Shown here in pieces: positions 40,684 through 53,400 of a stretch of 64,000 nt of DNA (its first letter is position 1; every line of letters begins with the position of its first letter). This DNA is from Antechinus flavipes. Taxonomy: Eukaryota. The stretch lies in NCBI RefSeq assembly GCF_016432865.1, contig NC_067398.1, positions 725,834,001-725,898,000 on the forward strand, written 5' to 3'. Position numbers and translations under genes: made by a program. The notes beneath the pieces are model-generated. The model made no database searches, had not been told where the DNA came from, and saw nothing but the letters and a program-made list of their open reading frames with translations.

Positions 40684-41038
40684 CGTGAAGACCGAGTAAA
40701 CGCCCTGGATGCCTTAGAATCAGCCGGAGTCAGGATAAGCAAACATCCTGGGTCTTTATTCTTGGTTTTAGGGGTCGAAGTGAAGGGAATGGACACAGAA
40801 ATCTCCACACCTCCTTTCTCTTTCTCTCACACCAACAAGTGACTCTGACTTGTCTTACTGCATCCCCTAATCCCTCCTACAATTCTCTGTATACACCAAC
40901 AGATTGAGCCAGCACAGAATGGTGGGAAGGGCCATTTTCCAAGCATATGCTAATAGAGTATTGTCCAATTGGTAATTAGCCTTAAGTGCTTGGTTGTCCG
41001 ACTGCAGTGCGTCAACTCAAGAGTTTCAGCCCTTTACA
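40684..41038 (-). mobile_element. solo LTR (355 bp) with 6-bp TSD
   Basis: Minus strand starts TGTAAAGGGCTGAAAC and ends ...GGTCTTCACG (CA>CG); AATAAA on minus; TSD GGTTCA at 40678-40683 and 41039-41044. Confidence 0.8.
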
Positions 41039-41469
41039 GGTTCATGTTCAAATGTCAAGGTGGGGAAAGATTGAGAAACTATAAGATTAAGGAGATCTCT
41101 TTGGTAGTGTTCAGTTGGTTGATGGTTCTATCAAGTCCATCTTGGGGAGCCATGAAAGATGATTTCCAGACAGACTCACTGCTAGAGGCTTTGTAAATGC
41201 CTAATGAAGTATGCTGCTCACTAGACTGCTTTGAAATGCTTTTCCCCTTTTTGTACTGGCAAGGAAATGGAGACTGAGTGGATGCCCGTCAGCTGGGGAA
41301 TGGCTGAACAAGTTATGGTATATGAATGTTATGGAATATTATGGTTTTGTAAGAAACAACTAGCAGGATGGTTTCAGAGAGGACTTGAGAGACCTACATG
41401 AAGTGATGCTGAGTGAAGTGAGCAGAACCAGAACAGCAATACAGCAACATTATGTGATGGTTAACCAAA

Positions 41470-41620
41470 CTCCTGACTCAACTCATTTGCCTCAGTTTCT
41501 TCAGGGATGATGATAGCATCTACCTCGTAAGGTTGTTGTGAGGATCAAATGACTAATTTTTTAAAGTGCTTAGAACAATGTCTGGCACGTAGTAGGTGCT
41601 ATATAAAGGACAGCTGCTAT
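41470..41620 (+). mobile_element. MIR core fragment
   Basis: gcctcagtttc...aaggttgttgtgaggatcaaatga...aaagtgcttagaacaatgtctggcacgtagtaggtgct. Confidence 0.7.
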
Positions 41621-42069
41621 TGTTGTTGTTATTCTTTGGGGAGAAGCTTGGGGTAACTAAAACCAGATCAGTAGCCTTAAGGAAATCTCATGGGAAACTA
41701 GATATTTGCTTCATGTAGTATAGAAAGATTTGACAACTTCAACTTAAGGGCCAAATGTGGTCCACCCCAAAGCCAAGGTTTTTGCATTTTAAAATAAAGG
41801 TTTCCTAGGCCACACAAGACCAGCCAGTATCCCAGATCATAGTGTAACAATCAGATTTTTACAATTTCCCTTTAATTGAATGCCTACATTTCAGTGTCTG
41901 CAGTGGTTGGGATTCTTCTTACATTTGTTATCTTCATAAAACTCTGCCATTCAAAAAGCTAAATTTTTGAATGATTTAATGTCAAGTAAGACATATGCTC
42001 TCAGAAAGCTATTCTACATAATATCCATTGTTTCACTTTGGTATTGCCACTGATTAAACTGTTTGCTCT

Positions 42070-42479
42070 TATACAGTTTTCCCACATTTATTATATTCAC
42101 ATTTCTCACCACAATGAATTTTCTGATGTTGCTCTAGAAAGGCCTTTTCACATTCATAAGGTGTCTCATAAACACGAATTATTTTTATATTCGCTAAATG
42201 GTGAGCTCTTATGAAAGGCGTTGTTATATTCATAAAAGCTTGCCATCACTCATGAATTCTCCAGTGTTCACTTAGGTTCTCTACTCTCTAAAAAAGCCTC
42301 CCCATATTCATAACATGCACAAGGTTTTTCTACACTTATGAAGTCCGAGATTGAGCAAGCTGTTTCCCAAGAAGAGTCTTCCCATATTCTATCACATTCA
42401 CAAAGTTTCTCTACACTTACAAAGTCTTTGAAGTTGAATAAGCTGTTTCTACTTTTGGAAGGTGGTCATCTCATGTTTG
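42070..42479 (-). pseudogene. decayed zinc-finger repeats downstream of the ZNF-C stop
   Basis: Recurrent remnants of finger-coding sequence (ttcccacatt, aaggtttttctac, aagctgtttc, ttttctgatgttg) at roughly finger-length spacing, with stops and indels. Confidence 0.7.
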
Positions 42480-43844
42480 CTACAGTAAGGTGGCAATTCC
42501 TTCTGTGTGAATCCTCTGATGGTGAATAAGTGGTTTCCTGTCAAGGAAGGTCTTTCTACATTCACTACATTGATAAGGCTTCACTCCGATAGGAATTCTC
42601 TGATGCTGAGTAAGGCACGTCTTAGGAGAGACTTTCCCACATCCATTACATTTATCATAAGACTTCTGTCCAGTGTGATTTGTCTGGTGTACAGTAAGGT
42701 ATGACTTGGAGCTGAAGGCCTTCCCACACTGATCACATACATAAGGCTTCTCTCCAGTATGAACTCTCTGATGCCGATAAAGTTGTTTCCTCTCCAAGAA
42801 AGCCTTCCCACATTCGTTACATTCATGAGGTTTTTCCCCAGTATGAATTTTTTTATGTTGATTAAATCGTGAACTCTGACGAAAGCTTTTCCCGCATTCA
42901 TTACATTTGTAAGGTTTCTCTCCAGTATGAACTCTCTGATGTTGGGTAAGCTGTTTCCTCTCTAGGAAGGTCTTCCCACACTCATTACACTCATAAGGTT
43001 TTTCTCCAGTATGAATTTTTTTATGTTGACTAAATCGTGAGCTCTGACGAAAGCTTTTTCCACATTCGTTACATTTGTAAGGTTTCTCTCCAGTATGAAC
43101 TCTCTGGTGTTGTATAAGCTGCCTCCTCTCCAAGAAAGCCTTCCCACATTCATTACATTTATAAGGTTTTTCTCCAGTATGTATTTTTTGATGCCGGGTA
43201 AGCTGCGTCTTCTCTAAAAAGAACTTCCCACATTCAGTACATTGATAAGGCTTCTCTCCAATATGAATTTTTTTGTGCTGACTAAATTGTGAACTTTGAC
43301 GAAAGGCTTTGCCACATTCTTTGCATTTATAAGGTTTCTCTCCAGTGTGAATTCTCTGGTGTTGAATAAGTTGTTCATTCCGACGAAAAGCCTTCTCACA
43401 GTCATTACATTTATAAGGTTTTTCTCCAGTGTGAATTCTCTTATGTTTGATAAGTCCTGTGCTCCGACTAAAAGTCTTTCCACATTCATTACATTTATAA
43501 GCTTTCTTTCCGGTATGAATGCTTTGATGTCGGTTAAGTTGTGAACTCTGAGAGAAAGCCTTCCCACATTCGTTACATACAAAAGGTTTCTCTCCACTAT
43601 GAATTCTCTGATGCAGAGTAAGGTGTGCACTAAGCCGGAAGGCCTTCCCACATTCGTTACATACATAAGGCTTCTCTCCACTATGAATTCTCTGATGTTG
43701 AACAAGGTGCGTGCTCAGGAGGAAGGCCTTTCCACATTCATCGCATGTATAGGGTTTCTGTCCACTATGAATTTTCTGATGTACATTAAGTCCCTTGCGC
43801 CAGCAGAAAGTCTTCCCACATTCATTACATTGATGAGGTTTCAT
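42480..43844 (-). CDS. ZNF-C zinc-finger ORF (454 aa; 15 canonical + 1 degenerate finger), not in frame with KRAB
   Basis: [16 protein letters not shown]...[13 protein letters not shown]; in-frame TGA (43902-43904) and TAG (43896-43898) just upstream. Confidence 0.85.
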   Translation of the reverse strand: MKPHQCNECGKTFCWRKGLNVHQKIHSGQKPYTCDECGKAFLLSTHLVQHQRIHSGEKPYVCNECGKAFRLSAHLTLHQRIHSGEKPFVCNECGKAFSQSSQLNRHQSIHTGKKAYKCNECGKTFSRSTGLIKHKRIHTGEKPYKCNDCEKAFRRNEQLIQHQRIHTGEKPYKCKECGKAFRQSSQFSQHKKIHIGEKPYQCTECGKFFLEKTQLTRHQKIHTGEKPYKCNECGKAFLERRQLIQHQRVHTGEKPYKCNECGKSFRQSSRFSQHKKIHTGEKPYECNECGKTFLERKQLTQHQRVHTGEKPYKCNECGKSFRQSSRFNQHKKIHTGEKPHECNECGKAFLERKQLYRHQRVHTGEKPYVCDQCGKAFSSKSYLTVHQTNHTGQKSYDKCNGCGKVSPKTCLTQHQRIPIGVKPYQCSECRKTFLDRKPLIHHQRIHTEGIATLL

Positions 43845-44071
43845 TGCAGTATGAAAACTGTGATGGGAAGTAATGAATAAGCTGAATATGAATAACTACA
43901 TTCATAATACTTTCTCCTTTAAGATACTAAATAAAGTCTGCATTGTAACAATGATTTGCTGAACCAATTACAATTAGAAAATACCTCATTTATGGCAAAG
44001 ATCTCATCTTTACTCAGTCTAAACAGACTCAAGAAAGTATTTTTTCCGAGTATCCCATTTAGGGAGACTTT

Positions 44072-44367
44072 CTAATGAATAATTTCTATGGTGGAAAAAG
44101 GACCAGCCCAAGACTTGAGCTTCCACCCCATCCATGACTTTTGTGGGGCCCCACTGTACTGGCAGTTTTCCTTAGGGGTGATTTTTACTTGCCTAGAAGA
44201 TTTATCCTTGTTGTGCTGTCTCTCTGACATAGCATCACATTCTAAAGCTTGTCCAAGTTTGGCAGCATGGTGTTGATGATGCCTTGGCAATCTGTCTTCA
44301 TAAAATCCTTTCAAAGTAACGCCAAGCTTTGGAGTGGGCTCCTTTGCTTCAACTATCTCTTCCCAAT
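44072..44367 (-). CDS. ZNF-C spacer portion of the last exon, ending at a premature TAG
   Basis: Acceptor ttttttcAG|ATTGGGAA (D-W-E-E) as in paralogs; 98 codons then TAG 44072-44074; different frame from the finger ORF. Confidence 0.7.
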
Positions 44368-45781
44368 CTGAAAAAAATGCCCAAAGTCACCATGCTACTT
44401 TGCAGGAAATAAGGGAATCATTTCATTGTTTTCCACTTAGCTAAGTACAAGGGGCAGCCACCCCAAAATGACACAGAAATGTCATTTATAAGAAAGAAGG
44501 TTAATAGGGTACCAGGAAGGAGAAGGGGAGTCACGTGCAATCAAAATGGGGGAAGAACAGGAGGGGGCAGGTTTGGGCTTGAGGAGGCATTAGGGAAAGA
44601 AAGCAGGGCAGGGAGGGAGCACAGTGGAACACCGAGCCTGGAGTCAGGAAAACATGGTCGCCTACCTTTGGAACTGTTATAAGGACCAAAGATAATATTT
44701 GTAAAGTGCTTAGCACAAGACTCAGCAAACAAAAACTGCGTTACTATTACGAAGTAGGTATGAAGATTCCCATCTTCATACACGTCTGAGACAGAATGCT
44801 TAATAACCCTGGGCCAGCCAAGCCCTGACCCTGGGACCCACCCTGCCCTCTCATCTGCTGACATGAAGAGGTCTAATGGTGTCCCACCCCAAAGCCCATC
44901 TCTCTCCCTCTATAGGAGGGGCTTACACTACTTTGTCCAGTGTGCTGCCCAGATTTGGATAAAAAGTCCACAGTGTTCTCCTCAAAGCTTAGGAGTCGAA
45001 TCAAAGGAAGAGAACAGGTGAGTCTGGCAGCCCCTCGCCCAGCAAAGCCAGGCTCGCCACAGCCTGGGCTCTACCTTCCCTAACCACCTGATTAAACATT
45101 CTAGAAATTTTCTTAAGAAACCAAGTCTGTGAATTCACGGCTTACAAATATTGCTTTCCTGTGTATAAAAATCAGCAAAGCAGTTAGAGAGGGAAAGGCC
45201 TGGCACTTGGTAGTCCAGGCAGGCCGGCGAGCTCCTGCACAGGACCCCGTACCCAAAGACCTGCCAAACTAGCAGAACTCTTCCTAGCCCAGCCCCTGGG
45301 GATCACCCTGCCCAGGAAGCAATCCTGGAATGGACTGGCAGCTTTCTCTGTAGGGGTTCCAGCCCCAACTTCCAGAGGAGCCAGTTATAGAAGTCTCAGT
45401 ACAAAAGCTTCAGGACCAAAGCCTTCGGCACCGTCAGTGAATAAGCCTGTGTCCCGAGATCTGGTCCATTTTGTCTATGAAACCTTCAGTCCCACGATGT
45501 ACTCCCAGGGCCCGGGGCCGGGCCTTCCTTTAGCACTGTCTCCCCCATTAGAGCCCGTCTTGCTTCTCTATTGTATTGCTGGCCCACAGCACAGAGCTCA
45601 GGGAACTTTTGCCAAATTGTTTCCGGAGTCCGCTTCTTCATGACTCCATTTGGGGTTTTCTTGGCAAGAACGTGGTTTGCCACGTCTTTCTCCAGCTCAT
45701 TTTACAGGCAATGCCCTGAAGCCAGCAGGTAAAGTGACCTGCACAGTCACACAGATGGTGTCTGAATTTAAGAGGCAGCTG

Positions 45782-46445
45782 GAAGAATGTTTGTGGCAGC
45801 CTCTTTGTAGTGGCCAGAAATTGGAAACTGAGTGGATGCCCATCAATTAGGCTGAATAAATTGTGGTATATGAGTATTATGGAATATTATTATTTGGTAA
45901 GAAAGGACCAACAGGAGGATTTCAGAAAGGCCTGGAGAGACTTACAGGAATGGATGCTGAGTGAAATAAGCAGGACCAGGAGATCATTATATACTTCAAC
46001 AACAATACTGTATGATGATCAATTCTGATGGACGTGGCCCTCTTCAGCAATGAGATGAACCAAATCAGTTCCAATAGAGCAATAATGAATTGAACCAGGT
46101 ACACCCAGTGAAAGAACTTTGGGAGATGACTACTGCATAGAATTCCCAATCCCTCTATTTTTGTCCGCCTGCATTTTTGATTTCCTTCACAGGCTAACTG
46201 TACACTATTTCAAAATCCGATTCTTTTTGTACAGCAAAATAACTGTTTGGACATGTATACTTATATTGTATTTAATTTATACTTTAACATATTTAACATG
46301 TATTGGTCAACCTGCCATCTGGGGGAGGGGATGGGGGGAAGGAAGGGAAAAATTGGAACAAAAGGTTTGGCAATTGTCAATGCTGAAACATTACCCATGC
46401 ATATAACCTGTAAATAAAAAGCTATAATTTAAAAAAAAAAAAAAA
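45782..46445 (+). mobile_element. 5'-truncated L1 with poly(A) and 12-bp TSD, next to a Mar1-type SINE piece (about 45630-45770)
   Basis: TSD AAGAGGCAGCTG at 45770-45781 and 46446-46457; TT|AAGA site; L1 3'UTR sequence. Confidence 0.9.
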
Positions 46446-47298
46446 AAGAGGCAGCTGTGGGGCATGTATAAGGTATAAGGGAAATGCCTGGGATCAGAGA
46501 GACCTGAAGTCAAATCCTCAGACTACTTACTGTCCGACCCTGGGCAAACCACGTTTTCTCATCTGTCAAACACAGATAATAAATGCATCTTCCTCACAGG
46601 GTCAAATGAAATAACATCTGTATAAGTGCTTAGGATAGAGTTCACACATAGTAGGTGCTTAATAAATGCTTGTTTCTGCTTTCCTAATGTTTTCCCATTG
46701 TTCATTCCTGAGATCCTTAACCTTTTATTGATCTAAACCAATTTTTTTTTCCTGGTTTCCTTAAGATGCCCTTCAAAAACTTGAATGGTCACATTGACCT
46801 TAAATGCCCCTAGTTCCTTCTCCTAAAGGCTTCTAAAGGTCATCCATCTTCTCTCAAAAATTCACCAGAGTGGATGCCCTCCATTGAGCCTTCCTTGTAC
46901 AAGAGTACTAGTTGGGGAAGTCTGGGGCCCATCTCTCATCTCTTGCTTTGGTAAAGGGATCAGCTCTTCTTCACTTTCTTGGAAAAGAGCAAATATTCTG
47001 ATTAAACAAAAAAGAAAGTAGTGAGAAAGGTCATGGAAATAAACCAATTTTTGTTCTCTAATTTTAAATAGGCCCTCAATGGGACAGATGTCTTCTTCTC
47101 TTCCCTCTTTCTCCCACTCACCACAATAGCTGTTACCCAAGGATCCCTTAGTACTCCTCCCATCCTTTCCTCTTCTTATTTCACAGGATGGAGACCATCC
47201 ATTGGGTACTATCCACTCATATCTCAAGGGCAATTTGTCAGTCTCTCATTTCCATCCCTTCTTGTTGGAATCTTTACAAACTGTTAACTCATTAGAGC

Positions 47299-47765
47299 TG
47301 ATGTTTTGGGCCAGAACCTGAAACAAGGTACTAAGTAGAACTAATTAATACAATGCTTGTGTTTACATCTTTACTCATTGGAGTTCACAAGTATGGGAGA
47401 TTCACAAAGTTAACTATGTAACTTTGTGAATTCACACCTCCCTTAGGTATGCCTCCAGAAGGAGGAGTCCATATATAAAGAGGCTCTTAGCTTCGAGTTA
47501 GAGAGAGATTCATTCCATTTTCCACTTGGCTGGCTGAGCTGAAGGACAAACCTTTGGATTTGGAGACATTCGGAGGGAGCTTTTGGAACCAAGCAGAGAG
47601 ACAGGCCTCTAAGCTAACTGGGCTATATTGGAGGCAATAAAAGATATGAACTTTTATCACCTGGCTGCATTTGGGGTAATTATTGATCTGAATTGATATT
47701 AAGGCTGCCTCCAGAAAACCTCTCCAAGAAACCTGCTCACTTCCAGAGAGAACCATCTTATATTA
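47299..47765 (+). mobile_element. probable solo ERV LTR
   Basis: TG start (tgatgttttgggccagaacctgaaacaagg); TATATAAA near 47471; AATAAA near 47636. Confidence 0.65.
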
Positions 47766-48784
47766 TATATTATAAAGAAGAAAAAGAACACCACACCTTC
47801 TTTCTAAGCTATGCTCCCATCCTTTCCTGCATCCACCAATCACCTTGTTCAGCTCTATCTGTAATTCTTTTCACTGGACCTTTCCCCATTCCCCTTCTCT
47901 ATGGTGAACTTCTGGGAGAAGAATGATGGGCTTCTGGACTGCAAATCCATGCCCTGGCCGCTGCTAGCTCATACTGGAACTTCCCTCAGCCCTCGGGAAC
48001 CCCTGCCTAAGCACCCCGGTCCGGCATCCTTCTCTGTCCTGTCCAGGAGAGACGGCACATTAGGCAAAACATCCAACAATGTCTGTACAGACACAATGTG
48101 TATATAATATTGACAGTTGCTATTTGCTAATAAGAAACTCCCTGTCTGCTCCTCCAGCTCTGAAGGACAAGACCATAACTCAAACAAACCCAGAGGTCTG
48201 TAGGCCCTTGGACCTGCTCCCAAGCCCTGCTGTTTGCCGAGTGTATTTCCAGTTCTTGGCAGGGAATGGCACACAGGCAGCCTTCCATAAATGCTTCCTT
48301 GCTTGGCTCTGGACCTTCTGCTCACTTTTCTTCTCTCATTCGTTGTTTCAACGCGGGAACCCTCTGCTGCTCAAGTCCCCGCCTGTCCGTTCTTTCACCT
48401 TCTGTTCTCATGCTTCTTTCTACTGGTCCTCGGATCCCCTTACACAAATGATGCTGTGCCCTCTCTTTGTAATTTAGGATCGACCTGTTAGATCCAAAGC
48501 TCTGGTCTGGGCCTTAAGCCCCAAGACAAAGCGAGGGACTTGACAGCCCTGCTCCAACTTCTGTTCCTCTTGCTGGTTGTTTAGGCTTGATGGACTTAGG
48601 CTGACACAGGTGGCCATGGGCCACCCTCCCATGGACTCCTTTCTCAGCAGGTATTTCCTGGGAGTTGGTGCGTTTATCACACTGCACTGTGGAGTCTCTC
48701 AGCAGCATCTGCTCCATGGTCCAAGGTGAGTCTCATCAACCTCTCCTTTTCTATGTAAAGTCATTCTGGTCTTTAAAAACTTTT

Positions 48785-48909
48785 GGGGTAGCTGGTACAG
48801 TGGATAAAGCACAGCCCTGCAGTCAGGAGGACCCGAGTTCAAATCTGCCCTCACACTCAACACTTCTTACCTGTGTGACCCTGGGCAAGTCACTTAACCC
48901 CAACTGCTT

Positions 48910-48946
<37 letters not shown>
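48785..48946 (+). mobile_element. young WSINE1-type SINE with 33-nt poly(A)
   Basis: ggggtagctggtacagtggataaagcac...gagttcaaatctg...ggcaagtcacttaaccccaactgc + A33; flanking AAAA(A/G)CTTTTGG near-duplication. Confidence 0.85.
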
Positions 48947-48949
<3 letters not shown>

Positions 48950-49784
48950 TTTGGGTCGGCTAGTCCTAAAATGACCCGCACCAGAATCCAGAAACGCCAA
49001 TCCCACTTTCAGAAGCTAACTCTCCATAGAGAAATCCACTCACACTTATTCCCTGGGACTTTCAGCCTTCATCCCAGAGAAGCCTCAATCCTCCTCTGAC
49101 TGGTGAGTTCTTGCCCAGGCCAAGATTCCTCACTTTCCCCTGGCTGTTTCTGCTTGAAATTGTATTCCCAGGACATGGCTCGGTATGTGGCAGGGCCAAG
49201 TGATTAATAACTAAACTCTCCTTCCCACATCAGATCTTTTGGACGCAAACACCTCAAACCACTGGTCTTCATTCTTACCTAAGATGCAGTTCAAAGATGG
49301 CCAGCCTCGTTTGGGTCTACGTGCATCCCCAGCAATGGGCTGAGGTTGTTGGTCTCGGTCGATTCTGTTATGACAGACTGGTTGGCAGAGTCACCAGCCA
49401 TTGTCACCTCCCCCGACCCAGCCCACACAGATGCCCTTAGCATCCTCAGAGAACAAGCCTTCCCTCTTCAGATTTCTTGGTTCTACGTGTTCAGGGGCCT
49501 CCAGCCTCCAGCCACAACCTGGAAGCTCTCTGAGGCTTTCAGATCTTCTCTTTGGGCGTCCCTCCATTGAAGGTCTTTTTCCAGTTTTCTAAAGAACACT
49601 CTCCCCCCCTTGAAAACCTGGGAGACAGACCTCATCAAGGCCACGTGCTTTCTAAGAGGAGACCACTTCAATGGGAGCCTTAGTGGTGGGCCAGAGCAGG
49701 AATACACTCGCTCCCTGTGGGCCGGAGGGGCAGCAGCGGGGGCTGGCGTGTCAGGAAGGCTGCTGGGCCACCACCCTCACTCAC

Positions 49785-49892
49785 CTGCACGGCGGCTCCC
49801 TCTGTCACAGAGGGAGGTGTTTCCCTCTGGCGTCCAAGGGCCTCTCCCTTGTTCCAACTGGTGGATCACGTATGGTTTGGAAATGGCCAGGC
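49785..49892 (-). CDS. ZNF-C KRAB-B exon (108 nt)
   Basis: cAG/GTGAGT flanks, phase 1-1; GLAISKPYVIHQLEQGRGPWTPEGNTSLCDRGSRRA. Confidence 0.9.
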
Positions 49893-50392
49893 CTGTTCAT
49901 TGAACACAGAAAGGTTTTATGGACAGAAAGCCCCTTTGAGATTCATTTTAGTTCCTTCTCTCTTCTTGAAAAAAAGAAGGCTGGTTGAGAGGCTCAGAGA
50001 ACTGGTACCAAAGAACCCGAGACTCCTGAGGAACAAGTTCCCAAGGATCCACATCTGGGGTCAGAAAGACAGCTATGATACTCCCTGAGGAGAACACCCA
50101 AGAGCAGGCGGGCGCTTTGTGCCTTTTGGGGGTCTCCCGTACATATGCCTGGCCCAGAACAGGGACTTAGTAAATGCAGATACTGGGGCACTACCCGAGA
50201 ATCTTGGGCCCGAGGGAACAGAGAGGCCTCTGGAACATCATCATCCAGGGGCCTGGGCCTCCCCTGCCTCCCTCGCCGGCAGCCCAACCACTCGAGGTCA
50301 CAATAGGATTCGGGAGGCCAAAGAATAATTGCAAAGCAGTCGGGATACCCCAGGTGCTGTGCCCCTCCCGGGGCGGACTCCGGGTGAGCCTA

Positions 50393-50632
<240 letters not shown>

Positions 50633-52739
50633 CTACCCGATCTGTGCAACAACGCGGAGAACACAGCGGCCGGCGGCCACTACCCCGTACTACAACATCC
50701 CCCTGACAGCGGAGGTCAGGACACCAGCTGCGGCAACTCAGAGCCGGCCCTGCCTGATCTCGAGGCTGCGCTGAGCCAGGAGAACGGACGCCATCCCGAC
50801 ACTTTACATCTTCTCCGGAGGGCAATCCTTCCACCCCTCCTGGAAATCTCTCCTGGAAAAACCTTCTTGTCCCTCCCCCAAGCTCCAAGCCCCCCTTCCC
50901 TACCCGCTGCCTCCCCCTCCTCCTTCACCCACGGCAGGAAGGGCGGGCCCTTCTCCCTGCTCCAGTGATCCCCTCCCCCCAACAGCTCAGCTGATCCCTC
51001 TCTCCCCACCGCGGCCTCCTTCCCCTGAGGAGACTGTTTCTGACAGAACCGACCCGTGCCAGGCTCTGCAGTCTGGCTCCGTCACCCCCTGCTCTCTCCA
51101 AAGCTTCCAACGGCCTCTCAGCCCTCGGTCGTCTCCATGTGCTCGGCCCGGGCTTCTCCAGCGGAGGTCTCTGGGACGTGGCTTTTCCACAGCCCCTCCC
51201 GGTGCGGCCCAATCACTTCCCAAGGGCCGACTGACGGTCGGGGCCGAGCCGAGCAGGCTCTGGGAATCCCCGGCTCAAGCCGGCCGCTCTCTGCGCCTCG
51301 TGTCTCCCCGACCGTCCCTCCTGGTTCTGCTTCCTTTCGGATGTGACCGAGCCCTCGGTTCCGGGCTCACCTTTAAAGCGCCCCTGGTGCCCGGGGCTCC
51401 CCTGAAGAACACGCTGTGCCCTGTCCCCCCGGCGCTCTGGGAGTCCGCACTCTCTAACGCCCCCCGCCCCCCGAGATGCCAGGGCCCCCCTCAGAAGGGG
51501 CTCAGAAAGACTCTGCCTTCGGAGGAGACGTTCACAAGGCCCCACGGCTGCCTTCTCGCCGTTGTATCTCCTTCCTCCTTCACCGAGTCTCTCAAAGACA
51601 CAACCCCCGGTGCTCAGGAGGTGGGATCCCGGGCGCAGGGAGCGGCCGGTCTGGCGCCACATCCCTCCCCAGCCGGCCAGAACCGACCCAGCCTCCGCAG
51701 CAAAAGGGAGCGTTTCTGCAGCGCCTAAAGGCCCGAAGCACGTCCCCAGCATCAGGTCAGCGCCAATCTCCCTGGTCCCCTCCGCCTACCTGGATGCGGA
51801 TGCCCTCTGCGCTCCTTCTGTCTCCCCGGGGGCCGCATCGTGCCCCTTAACTGAGGCTGCTCCCCAAAAGTCTGAGGCCCGAGGCCGGCGGGTCTCACGG
51901 CCTCTGCCCCCGCTTTCCAGGGGAGTGCTCGGGGTGCTGGACCCTCCAGGAGCCCTGGCCCCCAGCCCGGCTTCTGGCTCCCCGGGGCCGGGAGGATCCT
52001 CCCAAGGACGGGCTGGCTTCCGGCTGCAGCGGAGGAAGCTCCTCCACCTCCTCTCAGCTTCCTCCCAAGCACCCGAGGCTCTGTCCAAAGGCCAGTGACC
52101 TCCTACCCGAGGATGGGGGGGCTGGGTGACATAGTGCCCAGAGCCCCCCCCGATTCAGGAGCACCTGAGCCCAATACTGAGACTGTGACCCCGGGCACTT
52201 CGCCCCAACCGCCTCAAAAAAAGGGGGGGGAGGCAGAAGCTGGGTGACACGTTCCCAAAGGAAAGCTCTGGGGGCGAGGGGGGTCTTCATGAATCATGTG
52301 TTAAACAGCTCAGGCGGGGCGTCCTCGGCGGAGGTCAGGGAGGGGCTCCAGGGGAGGAGACCAGGACAGACGGAGGGGGCGTGGGCTGCAGGGCCCCCGG
52401 CTGGCCAGGGCGGAGAGGGTGAAGGTCAGACCCCCCCCCCCCATTCTCAGCTGTAGGGCTGTCCCTGAATTTTGGGCAGGCTGCTCCTGGAGGAAAACGC
52501 CCTCCTCCCCATTAATGCCGATGGCCCCCTGCCAAGCCCCCTAGGAGGATGTGACCAGGGAAGCTCCGAGCCTCTGGAAGCCCCCTCCCCATCAATGCCA
52601 GGGGTCCCTCCCGCGCCTCTAGAGAGCAGAGACTGCTTCCTGAGGAACAGGTGCTTAATCGTCTCGCCGGGACCCGGAACCGGCGCCAAAAGACCCAAGA
52701 GGGGCTCCCACCCCGACACGGGCCCACGACCTCACTCAC

Positions 52740-52784
52740 CGTAGCGGGGGCCGCAGGAGACACAGGCGGGGGCCCCGGGGCCAT
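52740..52784 (-). CDS. ZNF-C first coding exon (MAPGPPPVSPAAPAT)
   Basis: gcggcgATGG Kozak context; 45 nt; phase-0 donor ACG|GTGAGT. Confidence 0.8.
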
Positions 52785-52789
52785 CGCCG

Positions 52790-53400
52790 CTTCCTTCCCG
52801 AGGGATGTAGATGGAGAAGAGCGGAGGGAGCCGGAGCCCACTCCAACTGAAGGGGCACGGCCACGCCCCCTCCCCGCACCGCCCAATCAGAACTGCTGAA
52901 GCCACGTGCGGAGACCAGGAAGACGGGGCACGGAGAGGGCGTGGTCATAAGGGAAGGGCGGAGGAATCCAGCTGACGTGCCTCGCGACTCCCAGCCCGAG
53001 GAGCAGTATTACCGCAATTGGCTGACATCCTTAGCCACGCCCCCTCGTTAGCAAGAAGCAACGCGTGAGGGCGTGGCAGAAAGGCGGATACCCCGGCTCC
53101 TCCTCTGCTTTTCCCCTCCCCCAATGCCCCACCTTGGCGCAGGCTCCGAAATTACTCGTCAGCGAACCATTTCCACCGCCGGTCCAGAGCCCGATAGCGG
53201 CTGAGCGTGAATGAAGACACAGCGTCCTGAAAAAAGAACCGGCTGGCGGGGCAAACGTGATGTAACCTTGGAGCCCGCGCCGGGACCTTGCCCCGAGCGC
53301 TCTCGGAAAGTCTGCCGGGAAATGTAGTCCGGACATTCTGGGTCGGGCAGTGCGCATGCCCGAGTCCCTGGCCTCGCCTCTCCTCCCCCCCCCCGGGAAA
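52790..53400 (-). promoter_or_regulatory. ZNF-C CpG-island promoter (island about 50500-53900)
   Basis: CCAAT 52883-52887; E-box CACGTG 52903-52908; TGACGT near 52973; GGACTACATTTCCCGGCA on minus 53313-53330; NRF1-like TGCGCATGC 53351-53359. Confidence 0.75.

Noticed and set aside
50211-50330. GPWMMMFQR stretch resembling KRAB-B in the ZNF-C intron
   Set aside because: No proper splice flanks, and the true KRAB-B exon is at 49785-49892
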